A stretch of 59,000 bases of DNA from Octopus bimaculoides (GCF_001194135.2 NC_068981.1:132671979-132730978), one strand, 5' to 3'. Positions 1 to 13,439 are shown, numbered from the stretch's first letter. A program made the numbers and translations. Notes: generated from the letters alone by a model not told the origin.

Positions 1-810
1 CAGTGAAGTAGAGGCCAGGATAGAAAGATAGAGGAAGACAGATAGATAAATAGATAGAGAGGATGGTGGAGGGAGGAAGTGGAACAAGGAGGAAGGGACA
101 GAAGGGTATAGCAGTGAAGTAGAGGCCAGGACAGAGGGATAGATAAAAAGATAGAGGAAGACAGATAGATAAATAGATAGAAAGATAGATAGATAGATAG
201 ATAGAAAGATAGAGTCACGTCAGAATAATAAAGTAGACTTACTTGCAAAAAAGGATGTGTGCGTTCAATAATGTAATAATACAAAGAATATATATACATG
301 TATACACACATATATGTACATACTTACATCTACATGTGTATATATATGCATATCAGTGATATGATTGTTTATACTTAGAATGACATTGTAAGATAGGTGC
401 AAGATCCTGGATCTGGCCTGTCTAAATATAAAACTGGTAGGATATTTGGGTTCTATATGGCTAGTTTATTTTTGTTTGAATGACAGTGTGAGTAGTCGGA
501 TCTAGCCAGTTTGAAAACAAAACAGCTAGAATATCTCCATGTGATATGGCTGGTGTAAATGCTAAAAGATTAATAATAAGACAAATTTTGACAAAGTTTG
601 ACTCCATATGATTCTACATTTTTTGCCATTGTGTTGAACAAGTGCAAAAAGTTGGAAGTACAATGTACATAATCTAATTCTTCTTCACATGACAATATAC
701 TCTCTTTTCAAATCCTCCCAGGCTCAATTCATGGGAGACACTGCTCTACTGTGTTTAGTTCTTACTATCACATATTAATACTCTAACTATATGATAGTTC
801 TTATTACATT

Positions 811-1039
811 TTAACCTTTTAACATTCAAATTACTTTATCAATTGTTAATGTTTATCTATTCACAATGTTTTGAATTAATCATGCATTGTCTTATAGCTT
901 TGACATTTCAATAATGTGATTGTTTATGTTTAGAGAGACATTGTAGGGTAGCTGTGAGTAGCTGGATCTGGCCAGTTTAAACATGAAACAAGTAGAATAT
1001 TTGGGCTTGTTATGGCTGGTCTAAATGCTAACAGGTTAA
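811..1039. mobile_element. piggyBac-type MITE (TTAA-flanked)
   Basis: ttaaccttttaacatt...aatgctaacaggttaa; partial copies of the same family at ~350-576 and ~12230-12442. Confidence 0.7.
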
Positions 1040-1212
1040 ATACTACTAACAGTGAACTAATATTATCAAAGCATGTTAACATGTTCACACTGAAATATAT
1101 ATCATTACTGTAATATAAATGTAATTATCTCATTATTAAACCATTTTTTCAAATTTTTGATAATTAGTCACTGTGAGATCTTTGTGTCTCACCATTTCAC
1201 CACTACTATCAT

Positions 1213-1730
1213 CTGTAGATCAATGCTTGACTGTCCAATAGCTGTTACTCCTTATGGATCAATGTTCTTACTGTTCAACTACTGTTACCCCTTATGAGTC
1301 AGTGTCTCTATTCCCCAACACCCAGGCTGTCTAACAGCTGTTATCCATTGAGGGTAATTACTGTTACTCTTTAGTGGGCTAATGCCTTCAAAAGCCAATA
1401 TTTTTCACTGTTCCACAGTGGATATTCTTTGTGGACCAATGTTCCTATTGTCCAAAAGCTGTTGTCTTTTGCATGCCAGTATACTCCATTGTCCAATAGC
1501 TATTAGACTTTTGGGCATAATTTTCCTACTGTTCAACATCTGTTAACAATTTGTGAGTCAGTATTTTCATTAAATAGGCGTTACTCTTTGAGTTAATTTC
1601 CCCATTGTACAGCTGCTAGTTTTTGTGGATCAATTTTTCTCTATTTTTCAACAGCTTTTAGTTGTTCTTTTCCTGAATAACAGACGTTACTTTCCATTGG
1701 TTATTCTTTCCACTTTCTTACAGCTGACAT
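1213..1730. repeat. Degenerate minisatellite, ~40 bp unit
   Basis: Recurrent (g)tggatcaatgttcctactgtccaatagctgttactc variants. Confidence 0.65.
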
Positions 1731-2674
1731 CCACTACATATTAAAATGTGGTAAGAAGTTTGCTTCCCAACCACATTGTCTCATGTTCAGTCCCATCGCA
1801 TGGCACCTTGGGCTAGTGTCTTCTACTATAGCCTCGGGTGGACCGAAGCTTTGTGAATGGATTTGATAGACAGAAACTGAAAGAAGTCTGTCATATGTGT
1901 ATATATAGTTGAGTGTTAAAAACTGAACGTACATATCTATGCATCAGTGTGACTCTGGCACTCAAGCTGTTCAGGCTTAGCCCAAGTATAAATTTAATAA
2001 AGTGAACATGTATTTGCAAGCTGATTTAAATTTCTGCCAACGTTGACTTCAAGTATGTAATTGTAGTCAATAACGCTCCTTTTATTGACCCTGGTTGCAG
2101 TTCGTTTATTTTCCTTCAGCATCTGGTGGTCGTCTTAGAGGTGCCCACTGTCAAAAAATATCATTTGAAGCAGATGTTCTCTCAACATCGTTCACACATG
2201 CCTGACTCAGGCTCAGAAGTTACAACCTGAGTTGTTATCTATAATCGTAAAAATCAAAAGTAAGATTTAAATTCCAATCTATGAAAAGTTTCCATTCTAC
2301 AATATTCTTAAAGGAACAAAAATTATCCAGCAACTTGGGCTAATACGAATGAGCCTGGCTGGTGTAAAAGACAGTTGGCAAAGAAAAAAAAAAAAAAAAG
2401 GACCCCCTTCCTTTCCTCTTCACCAGTTTCTATTTCAGGTACTAATCATGAATACAGCTGTGGAATTGCAGAATAATTTGCTAATTCCGCTTATGAGTTG
2501 AAACCTCAGCATGGTTGCAATAGCTTTGTCTGTGTTGTGGTATTTTTAGTTGAAGTAGCAGCAATATTCATTGTTGTCTACTAGTAGGAAACTGTAACCG
2601 GTGAACCTTGGTTTATCTCTGTGTTGAGGATCATTTGGTTACTCTGTGTGATTCACTGAGCCTATTCCCTCACT

Positions 2675-2850
2675 GTCACCATCACCGCTGCCACCACCAC
2701 CACCACCACCACCACCACCATCATCACCATCACCATTATCATTTCGATTGCTGATACTACTGTTTTTTGGTGCTGCTGCTGTTGCTCCTACTGTTATTAC
2801 TGCTAGTACTGTTGTTGTCACTTTTGTTCCTGCTGTTGTTACTGTTGCTG
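2675..2850. repeat. (ACC)n/(CAT)n/(TGT/TGC)n trinucleotide low-complexity tract
   Basis: Direct inspection; explains the poly-Gly ORF 2639-2821. Confidence 0.9.
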
Positions 2851-3425
2851 ATTAGTCTCATGTCAGGCTTATCGAAACTGGCCATACTGTTCGATCTCAA
2901 GCTCACTTAGGGTACACATTATCTAATGCATCGTTTTCTAAGAAGGTAAGCCGTTAACTGAGAGAAATCTGGCTGCTGTCTCTAGCAGGTCAAACAACTA
3001 TATAAAGCATGACTTGTTTTCCGTGCTGCTATGGTTGTGAGTATATCATTTGTGCTACATACCATCACCTGATGCGATTTTCTTGTCTCATCCAAAACAC
3101 CGAGCATCCTGGGGTCTGACCATTTTTCCTCTCTTTCTCTTCTACCATCATTCATCATCAGCACACATTACATTTTCATCCATCAATTATCCATTTATAT
3201 CATTCCTCTATATCACATTTATATTGTAGGTGAAGGTCTGTCTGTGTGGTGAAAAGTTTACTTCCCAAATTCATGGTTTTGGGTTCAGTCCTACTGTGTG
3301 GCACATTATGCAATTGTCTTGTACTATAGCTCTAGGCCAACCGAAGCCTTGCAAGTGGATTTGGCAGATGAAAACTAAAAGTGGCCTATTGTGTATATAT
3401 GTGTGTGTGTGTGTGTGTGTGTGCA

Positions 3426-3459
<34 letters not shown>

Positions 3460-4567
3460 CACACATATATATATATATATGTATGTATGTGTATATGTGT
3501 GCATGTGTTACTGTCTCCTTGCCTTGGAGATAGTTGTAAGGGAGTGTCACCTTTTGTGAAAAAATTTCTCTGGAAATATTAATTTATTTGGAAACAAGTG
3601 AGGTTTAACAACAGGAAGGGGTAACAGACCAAAGAAAATGTGCCTCAAACAAATTCCATCCAACCCAGGCAAACATTGAAAAGGGAACATAAAATCAATG
3701 CAGACAAGTATGTTCATGTGTCTATACCAACAGTTATTTCTCTGAGATACATTGTTAATTGCCTTGAATGCCTCGGCTTTTGTTAACTCTTTACATTTAA
3801 AGACCATGTCCATGTTATAAGGCACAGAATGGTTTCTTATAAAAGAAAAATGATATAATAATAATAAAAATAATATAATAATATAGGCGCAGGAGTGGCT
3901 GTGTGGTAAGTAAGCAAGCTTACCACAGAGTAAGTAAGCAAGCTTAATTTTTTCACAATTTTTTCACAGAAGGTGACACTCGCTTACAACTATCTCCAAG
4001 GTGCAGAGTTGTCTGCAAGCGGCAAGTCAGCTTGCTTGGGGGCACCGATGAAGTGGATTGAACTGAACCTTGAATATTGTGTTTATATTAATTGTGTTAT
4101 TGAACTTATTGAACAATGTTTTTGAGGGTTTATCGGTCGGCGGGCGCCGGTGCCCCTCCCATTTTTACTTCATTTTTGTAATCACCTTCATCTCATCAAT
4201 GTCTGTGTCCAGCCCGCAGCTACTTTATGTCTGTTTGTCTGTCCTTGTTTGTCCCCTCTTTGTAAGGCCTTAATGGCTAATATTTAATGAGTTAAAGTAG
4301 CTTGCTTACCAATCACATGGTCCCGGGTTCATTCCCACTGTGTGGCACCTTGGGCAAGTGTCTTCTACTATAGCCTCGGGCCGACCAAAGCTTTGTGAGT
4401 AGATTTGGTAGATGGAAACTGAAAGAAGCCCGTCTTATATATGTATATATATNNNNNNNNNNNNNNNNNNNNNNNNNNNNNNNNNNNNNNNNNNNNNNNN
4501 NNNNNNNNNNNNNNNNNNNNNNNNNNNNNNNNNNNNNNNNNNNNNNNNNNNNNNNNNNNNNNNNNNN

Positions 4568-4697
<130 letters not shown>

Positions 4698-5071
4698 GTA
4701 TGTTTGTGTGTCTGTGTTTACATCCCTGTAAATTAATGGTTCGACAAAAGAGACTGATAGAATAAGTACTAGGCTTACAAAGAATAAGTCCTGGAGTCGA
4801 TTTGCTCGACTAAAGGTGGTGCTCCAGCATAGCCACAGTCAAATGACTGAAACAAGTAGAGAGAGTAACTAATAACTGCCTACCAGTCATGGCTACTAAG
4901 CAGTCAAATTTAACTCCAGTTAGTGATAATCTCATGAGAGATTGTTTCCATTGTGGCATGGCTGTTGTTAGTGTTTAGACCCTGGTCAGCCCTCATGTAG
5001 CAAGTCTATGTGTCCTTTGGAATCTTCTTGTTAATGTCTAACCTGCAATAGTTTAAATAGAACATTAAAAG

Positions 5072-5304
5072 AAGGCGGCGAGCTGGCAAAAACGTTAGCA
5101 CGCTGGGCGAAATGCTTTGCAGTATTTCGTCTGCCGTTACGTTCTGACTTCAAATTCTGCCGAGGTCAACTTTGCCTTTCATCCTTTCGGGGTCGATAAA
5201 TAAAGTACCATTTACGCACTGGGGTCGATGTAATCGACTTAATCCCTTTGTCTGTCCTTGTTTGTCCCCTCTTTGTTTGGCCCTTTGTGGGCAATAAAGA
5301 AATA
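5072..5304 (+). mobile_element. tRNA-related SINE (ttcatcctttcggggtcgataaa central domain, Meta-domain-like), full length
   Basis: 13-bp TSD AGAACATTAAAAG (5059-5071, 5305-5317); B-box-like gttctgacttcaaattc. Further copies at ~22667-22800, 23480-23680, 33795-33950, 44925-45140, 47985-48575, 48590-48780 (-) and 51470-51655 (-). Confidence 0.85.
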
Positions 5305-5699
5305 AGAACATTAAAAGTATCAAGGTCACAGGTTTTGGAGGGTCTTGGAAAAATCTTTCAGATGTAGCAAGTAAAAACAAAAGAATGGAAGATTTGGCTG
5401 TTTTTTTTTCTAGCAAGTGTAACCCATCATACATGTGTATACACACATATATATACTATGTTCTTTGCCATACATGTACTAATACACTATGTATCCTACT
5501 ATACATATGGACATATTGTGTATGTCATCATACATATGCATATACCCTGACATACATGCATATATGTACTGCAAAGACTGTCATACATGTCATACCTGTG
5601 TTTATGCTGTGTACCATGATACACCTATCTGTGTAAGATGTGTACTTTGTCATATGTATATATTTACCAGATACCCTGTTGTACTTATATACTTTGTTA

Positions 5700-6022
5700 T
5701 TTTTTTATTTATTTTTATGCGCTCTTTTCAAGCCTAGCCAGGCTCATGGGCCCGGTTTCCCAGTTTCTGTGGCGTATGTGTTCCCCCCAGCTGGACGGGA
5801 CACCAGTCCATCGCAGCGTTACTCAAGAAACAGGAAGAAAGAGTGAGAGAAAGTTGGGGCAAAAGAGTACAACAGGGGTCGCCAGCACCCACCCCCACCC
5901 CCGCCAGAGCCTCACGGAGCTTTAGGTGTTTTTGCTTAATAAACACACACAATGCCTGGTCTCAGAATTGAAACCACGATCCTCTGACCACGAGTCCGCT
6001 GCCCTAACCACTGGGCCATTGC
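5700..6022 (-). mobile_element. tRNA-derived SINE variant (OR-like head, different 3' part)
   Basis: Shares the aggaagaaagagtgagagaaagttg...ccactgggccattgcacctc segment with the OR-like copies. Confidence 0.75.
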
Positions 6023-6147
6023 ACCTCTACACTTTGTTATTTACTACATATATTTGTACACCTTGTGTACCTTGTTACATGTTTGTGCATGTGTTGTCTA
6101 TCTTACAATATAGCTGTGTATATTCTGTTTGCCTTGCCATACCTGTG

Positions 6148-6178
<31 letters not shown>

Positions 6179-6364
6179 TTGTGTGTGTGTGTGCTTGTTA
6201 TGTGTCACCTGTCATGTGTTTCTTTGTGTATTGATCTGTGTGTTTATGTATCTCTTTGTTTAATTATCTGACTTCTTATCTGTTTCATCTTCCTTCTCTG
6301 TTTGTGTGTTTATATTATATATTTTTTTTATATCTAATTACTTGGGAAACAAACATGTAAACAC

Positions 6365-6409
<45 letters not shown>

Positions 6410-8760
6410 CACACGTATAGCTTAAACTGTACTAGCATAGAAAAACAACGATCTAAAAGTGAATGAACAAACAACTTTGTGTGTGTGGGGGGGAGGGTGT
6501 ATGTGTAATCGGCTTGAAATATTTTGAAATCAACTTAGTAGACCATCTTCAGGGCATATGCAGAGTTCTCTCTTCTCTGTGGAACCAAAACGTGCACTTC
6601 AAAAATTAATAACGGAGGTTCCAGAGGTTCATGGACTATGATAAAAGAGACGGTGATGTTATGTACATCAATTGTCATATGGGACCTCAAAATATCCCTT
6701 GGCATCAGTTGAAGATCATAGAAGAGATTTATCTACCTATCCTACCCATCTCTACAACTGTTGCTCCACACATGTAATGCTCTGCACCGGATGGGCTCTG
6801 TTATGATGCCCATATCAGGTGCTATATTTTGAAGTTTTATGGATCTTAATACTGGATGAACTACATTGATTTTGCTGACAGAGACACAGGAAATGGAACT
6901 GAAGACTTACCAAAGCTGATGGTGTTCAGCAATTTGTGTACTGGTTGAAAATTGTGTGTGTGTGTGTGTGTGTGTGTATGTTTATATATATTTATGTGTA
7001 TATACATATATATATATATATNNNNNNNNNNNNNNNNNNNNNNNNNNNNNNNNNNNNNNNNNNNNNNNNNNNNNNNNNNNNNNNNNNNNNNNNNNNNNNN
7101 NNNNNNNNNNNNNNNNNNNNNNNNNNNNNNNNNNNNNNNNNNNNNNNNNNNNNNNNNNNNNNNNNNNNNNNNNNNNNNNNNNNNNNNNNNNNNNNNNNNN
7201 NNNNNNNNNNNNNNNNNNNNNNNNNNNNNNNNNNNNNNNNNNNNNNNNNNNNNNNNNNNNNNNNNNNNNNNNNNNNNNNNNNNNNNNNNNNNNNNNNNNN
7301 NNNNNNNNNNNNNNNNNNNNNNNNNNNNNNNNNNNNNNNNNNNNNNNNNNNNNNNNNNNNNNNNNNNNNNNNNNNNNNNNNNNNNNNNNNNNNNNNNNNN
7401 NNNNATATATATATATATATATATATATAATGGATGCAGGAATCAGAAAATGGAGTTCATGAGAATCTTTATTCATCACAATGATCGTTTTGACTCATCT
7501 TGCATCTGTCCCTTGTAGGTGGGATGCTCTACTACTGGATGTGTTGCATCCTCCGGTGCAGATGTATCTCATTAGATGTTTAGTTTTAAAGAAGATACTT
7601 CTCTAAATATACTCGGTTTCACTTGGCATGTTGTTGCCAGTAAGTTGTTAGCTTTTATGACCTACCTACAAGGGACTGCTACAAGATGGATTGAAGTGAT
7701 TGTTGTGATGAATAAAGATTCTTGTGAACTCTATTTTCTGTTTCCCTCTTTCATTATAAATTCAATGAACACTGTGGAATTCCTGAGGTAGATCCAGTGA
7801 CATATCAAAACTGTGGATAACATCAGGTAGCCTAAACAGTGAAAGTGCTTTAATCGGCTTACTACTAACTGTATACCCAAAGTCCAAATAATTACTTACA
7901 CACACACACACACACATTTCCCTTCTCCCTGATCCACTGTCCGTATCCTCTTTTATAATCACCTTTTTGTACATTGAGAGTTTGCTCTGGCACCCTATAA
8001 CCAGCATATTTATCTCCCAGTGCCTCTCGCCCACCCTCACATAATGCAGAATTTTCATGTATCTCCTATATACAGCCAGACACTTGAACATCTCCCTCTA
8101 TCCTACTTTAGCCTTCAACAACTGGCATAAAGTCATCTCTTCCTCTCTCATTTACACTCCCACTCAGTCAAGAAGGCTTTTTCCTAGTCCTTTTTATTCA
8201 TTCTATTTTATTAGCCCTGGAAGTTATTTGGTAACCTCATTTGTGCTGGATTCATGGGAAAAGCACCCAATACACATCAGCGTTAGGAAGGGCATCCAGC
8301 TGTAAAAACCATACCAATGCTGATATTGGGGCCTGACACAGTTCTTCAGCTTGTTGGATCTTGTCGGATGGTCAAACCCATGCCAACATAGGAAATGGAT
8401 GTTAACTGATGATGATAATAGTGATGATTACAAGCTGTGTATGTGTGTGTGTTTATATATATATATATATATCTATATATAATAATAATATTAGGGACAA
8501 AATCCAAAATTACAGGTAAAAAACTCAATTAAAATCTTTTTCTATATGTGATAGTGGATTTTCATCGATGAGTTCTTGAAAATTGGTTATTTTCCCTAAA
8601 ACTATNNNNNNNNNNNNNNNNNNNNNNNNNNNNNNNNNNNNNNNNNNNNNNNNNNNNNNNNNNNNNNNNNNNNNNNNNNNNNNNNNNNNNNNNNNNNNNN
8701 NNNNNNNNNNNNNNNNNNNNNNNNNNNNNNNNNNNNNNNNNNNNNNNNNNNNNNNNNNNN

Positions 8761-8985
8761 AATCCTCAGCTGCACAAAGATATAGAAATTTACTGAAATT
8801 TCATTTCAACAGAAGGACATATTGTTATAACTACATTTAAACTCTCCAAGTAGAAAGGAAGAATACAAAAAACCCTTTTGTATTCTTCCTTTCTACTTGG
8901 AGAGTTTAAATGTAGTTATAACAATATGTCCTTCTGTTGAAATGAAATTTCAGTAAATTTCTATATCTTTGTGCAGCTGAGGATT
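8761..8985. repeat. Perfect 110-bp palindrome with 5-nt spacer, abutting an assembly gap
   Basis: Arm 8761-8870, loop AACCC 8871-8875, arm 8876-8985 is the exact reverse complement. Confidence 0.9.
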
Positions 8986-9059
8986 GCTCTGCATTTTACA
9001 TTTGATGTAATGTTCACATTGCTTAAATAAATGGAGTCGCATGAAACGATCGTACTGCA
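8972..9059 (+). ncRNA. Candidate type I hammerhead ribozyme (PLE-like repeat), core intact
   Basis: TGCAG-CTGAGGA-TTGC..(~50 nt)..GCAT-GAAAC-GATC-GTA-CTGCA. Stem I TGCAG/CTGCA, core CUGANGA and GAAA, palindromic stem III ACGATCGT, predicted cleavage after GUA (9054). Confidence 0.72.
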
Positions 9060-9229
9060 TTAACTTTAGATATCCTTGTTGCTTATTTTCATTTTAATCA
9101 CCGTATTTTGGAATTGTATGGATAATACCATACTTAATTCTGGTGCCTAAACTTTAGTACCATATTCACCTTGAATCTAAATTATACATACATACATACA
9201 TACATACATACATACATACATACATACAT

Positions 9230-10124
9230 GCATGGTAGGGTAAATAAATTATTGTCTAAATTATGCAAAAATGAAAATGACACTGACATCTCATTTTAAC
9301 AGATATATTTACCTGAAATACTAAAGAGGAAATTTATGCCATAAAATCACCATTAGTTTCAACCACACCCTGCAGATGACTGTGGAATCTTCTACAACTT
9401 TTCTGGACGGTCTCCTTGTCTAAGTTGGTGAATGCTGCCATGATCCTTGCTTTCAGTTCATCTTTGGTGTTAAAAAGGTTTCTGCTGGTCTCTTGCTCAA
9501 CTATGCCCCTCACATAATAATGAAGGCAGTTGCAGTCTGAGGAGTTAGGGGTGATGTAGTTGCAGAAATTGTCTGTCAGCCATGACTGGGTTCTCCTGCT
9601 TGCGTGGCATGGTGCAGAGTCTTGTTGCCAGATACAGGGTCTTCCAGCAGCCTCCCTCTTGACCCAGGGCAGCACTGCCTCCTCCAGGCACTTGATGTAG
9701 GCCTCCGTGTTAAGACTGAGACCGTGTGGGAAAATGAATGGAAGCATAATGTCACCATCACTAGTGATCACTCCAAACACCATGATATTGACTGGATGTT
9801 TGATTTTTATCACTTTCAGTACATGTTTTGGGGACACGGCAAACACTCAGATTNNNNNNNNNNACATGTTTTGGGGACACGGCAAACACTCAGATTGACA
9901 CCCAAACACTCTGAAATGTTGTATTGGAGCTTCCAGCATGAATGCCAAGCAGTACAGCATGTCGTTTCCAAATTTCTGGCAGTGTGAATTGCGTCATGAT
10001 GCTGTTTTTTTATAGATGGTGCCCAACTGACCCTACTATACTGTATTCAACAAAATCAAAATCAAAGAATGCGCATGCGCAAAATTAAAATATAAAATGA
10101 TGACAATTTACCCATAGCACTCTG
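9230..10124 (-). mobile_element. Internally deleted Tc1/mariner (maT/DD37D-like) transposon relic
   Basis: ORF 9334-9846 (-) contains VMVFGVITSDG, WQQDSAPCH and NSSDCNCLHY (catalytic-domain motifs, degraded). N-terminus MTQFTLPEIWKRHAVLLGI lies near 9990; TA-flanked TIR-like end at 10124. Confidence 0.82.
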
Positions 10125-10239
10125 TACAAGTGTGTTAGTGTGTGTGTAAATATATGCATACACATATATGTATGTGTATATACATATATATACACACCCG
10201 GTGTATATGTACATATGTATATACATATGTATGAATATG

Positions 10240-10344
<105 letters not shown>

Positions 10345-11025
10345 TTTGGTATACAGGTATATATGCTGATATATGTATACATATGTATCATCATCATCAT
10401 TTAACATCCTTTATCGTGTGCTGGCATGGGTTGGATGGTTTGGTAGGAACTGATGAGCCAGAGGGACTGTACTGAGCTCCATTGTCTGTTTTGGAATGGT
10501 CTCTACAGCTGGATGTCCTTCCCTTTGCCAGCTAGTTGACAGAATGAACCACTTCATTTTATATAAAAACCTTATTTGCTTGACGTTTCCATTCATATAC
10601 ATAACATGTGTTTCACTCATATTCAGCCCATTATTAACAATTCAACACAGACAGGCAGAAAATGTTACATAATCTACTTAAAATTTAATTCATCGAATGA
10701 TGATAATGATGACATCAACAACAAAGATCTTGATGATGATGCTGATGATAGTGATAAACCTGACAACTGTTTGACATTTTATGCAAGTAGTTTGTTACGC
10801 ACGAATGTGTGTGTAACATATTATATTCATAAATTATTGGCTTGTACATTTGAATGAGTAACTTGTACACTTGGACGAGAGGGTTGGAGTGCTCAAATGA
10901 GCGAACCATACCTTCTGATGAGTGGAACGTTGCTCCTTGCTGCCAAAACCCTGTTCAGCAGTGTTTATACACCTCCTACAATATATACACAACTACATAC
11001 TACTCCTATTGTTTCCTTGTTACAG

Positions 11026-11149
11026 AAACCTGCCACGTGCCATTTGGATCTCCCTCCCCATTATAACATCTGTGTATGTATTTGCAAACATCGCATACTT
11101 TGCTGTATTGACTCCATTGGAGTTGAAAGAGTCGGAAGCAGTTGCTGTG
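11026..11149 (+). CDS. SLC7A8-like: LAT-family (SLC7) amino acid transporter light chain, internal coding exon (first one in window)
   Basis: ttacag|A AAC CTG ... GCT GTG|gtgagt; 124 nt; encodes [41 protein letters not shown], a classic LAT/SLC7 transmembrane segment. Exact orthologue not resolvable. Confidence 0.96.
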
Positions 11150-11950
11150 GTGAGTAACTTAATGTACGAATGTCTCTTCCCAAATTATAATGCTACCCCA
11201 GCACTATCTGCTGGCTATGTATGATCCCCACCCTTCCATTTATATTATACATGCTGCACCAGTGCCATCTGCTGGTTAAAAGCTCTGCTGTCATTTCTTG
11301 ATGTGATACTAGAATTAATTTTTTTTTTTTTCAATAACTGCCAAATAATAGATTCTGCTCAAAAAAAAAAACCAAATATTCTTTTTCTTGCAAATAGCTT
11401 TGGAATTGCTCCTTTCTTTTCTTTCTTTTTCTTCCCTATCTGTGTCTCCATCTTGAAATGTTTAACAGCAGGTTTGGTTTCAGTTGTGTGGAAAGCCTTT
11501 TAATTTATCTTCTTAAAATAAGTGCTTCATTTTTTTTTTTATAGCAGTTTCATTCCATTTCGTTTTACTTTCTCTGGCTTAATACTTTCCTTTATCAGCA
11601 TGTCAACAAACACACTCTATCTTGCCATGTTACTTTCCTTCATATTTTTGTTGTTTGAATAATATTCTTGCTTTCTCAACTCCCTACAGATATTATCTGC
11701 CCTCAACCATTGCATCCTTCTGTGGAAATTTTATTCAAATCACTTTCCCTGTCCCAGAATAAAAAAAAATCTTTCTCTTGCATCTCTCTTCCAAGGAGTG
11801 GACCAGAATTGAAAGCTGTTTTAATATTTTATCTTGCTAATGTAACATGCTTGGAGTTTTTTTCTTCTTTCTATTTTTCTTATTTCTACACATCTGCTGC
11901 CTGTTCTCCCATAAATCTAGCCCTGTTGTCTTTCCTTTATGTATTTTTAG

Positions 11951-12054
11951 ACATTCGCAGACAAAACACTGGGAGTTATGGCCTGGATTATGCCTCTGTT
12001 TGTTTCCTGTTCAACATTTGGTGGTTTAAATGGTGCTATCTTTGCTGGCTCCAG
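11951..12054 (+). CDS. SLC7A8-like: SLC7/LAT transporter coding exon
   Basis: ttttag|ACA TTC ... TCC AG|gtaagc; 104 nt; [35 protein letters not shown]. The GVMAWIMP and STFGGxNG motifs match LAT2-type proteins; phase matches the previous exon. Confidence 0.96.
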
Positions 12055-13439
12055 GTAAGCATTAAATTTTCTTTTTATATATCATTTTTTCTCATCATCT
12101 GTCTAGTATTTACAACAATGCTGCAACCATTTTGAATTGAAGTCATTGTTGTCCTATTAAAGTACCAGTTTTTTTTTTTTTAGCTTTAACAGACTAATTT
12201 GATTCCTGGAAAAGTGAGCATTTACAGTTTTAAAGATTGCCAAATTCAATGCTTATGTATTCACATTGTTATGAATTAATCATGCATTATTATCTCATAG
12301 CTTTGGGATTTTGATGATGTGATTGTTTATCTTTCAAATGACATTGTAGAGTAGATGTGAGAGGCTGGATCTGACCAGTTTGAACATAAAATAGATAGAA
12401 TATATGGTCCAGATATGGCCAGTTTAAATGCTAAAGAGTTAAGTGAGTGTTTGCAGTGTTTACAGATTTAAATCTAAACTGTAATGCAACTAGTTTGTGT
12501 TGGATTTACAACCATGAAGATGTCTACTTTATATACTTACCCAATGGAGTATACCAGCAGCATTTGGGGCTATATCAAGAACAAAAACTTAAGAATTACA
12601 TATGAACAAACATTTTAGGGGTGATGGTAGGTTAAGAGTTCCATATAAACAAAACTGTTTTAAAATAAGTTTTATTAAAACTATAATTGCTGTAACATCC
12701 AATTCGAGATAACATATAGTCATAATAGTTGAGTGGTAGTTATGTTTATCTTGCATGGTAGAAGTGGATAGGCTTAACTATTAGACCTGATATTGTGTGA
12801 AGAGAGGAAGCTCAAGGCAGTGAAGCTTATGTCCAATTTCTTAACTCACAAACACAAATTGACAGTGATGGGGTTTCAGTGTTGATGTGAAAAATATAGA
12901 AATGGTTCTTAAGACTGAAAGAGCTTTGGTCTTTGAAACTTTCACAGGAGTAAATATATCTGCTTGACTTGCAGAGAAAAGTAATCTTTTATATAGTCAA
13001 AGTTTGGAATCTGATGTGGTGATATGCATTAGCTACAGTCAACCAATATGAGAGTTTTGAGAAAAACTTGTTTAAGTTCAGATGTCATGAGGAATTAAGA
13101 ATTCAATGTTTTTGAGCCATTTATTAGAGAGTGAGAAAGAAAAACACGGTGTTGTTTTAATTGTGTGTAAAAAGAAGAAAAAGTGCAGATTGGATGATAA
13201 ATATGAAGGTCCTTGGTTGATCAAAGACCACCAGGAAACTTCTCAACAACAGAAGATTGTTATCTAATCACCATAAAGCACTACCCTAACTGTCAGTTCT
13301 ACAAATTTATCACAACATTGACTGCAGTTTCAGTGAACTTGCCACCATAGTAAATACATCCATCTTATCAACATCCACACTAGATTTTTTTTTAAAACAG
13401 TTTTGTCCAAAACAAGGCTTGAGGCCACTTGTGACATAA

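Noticed and set aside
2120-2259. AG...GTAAGA-bounded candidate exon
   Set aside because: Stops in all three frames; no recognisable product.
2866-2946. Open exon-like stretch ending in AAG|GTAAGC
   Set aside because: The peptide is unrelated to SLC7, and the sequence resembles a dispersed repeat also seen near 31890 and 42230.
9821-9895. 32-bp direct duplication around a 10-N gap
   Set aside because: Typical contig-overlap assembly artefact.
10070-10081. Perfect NRF1-type TGCGCATGCGCA site
   Set aside because: It lies in the subterminal region of the transposon relic; no other promoter evidence.
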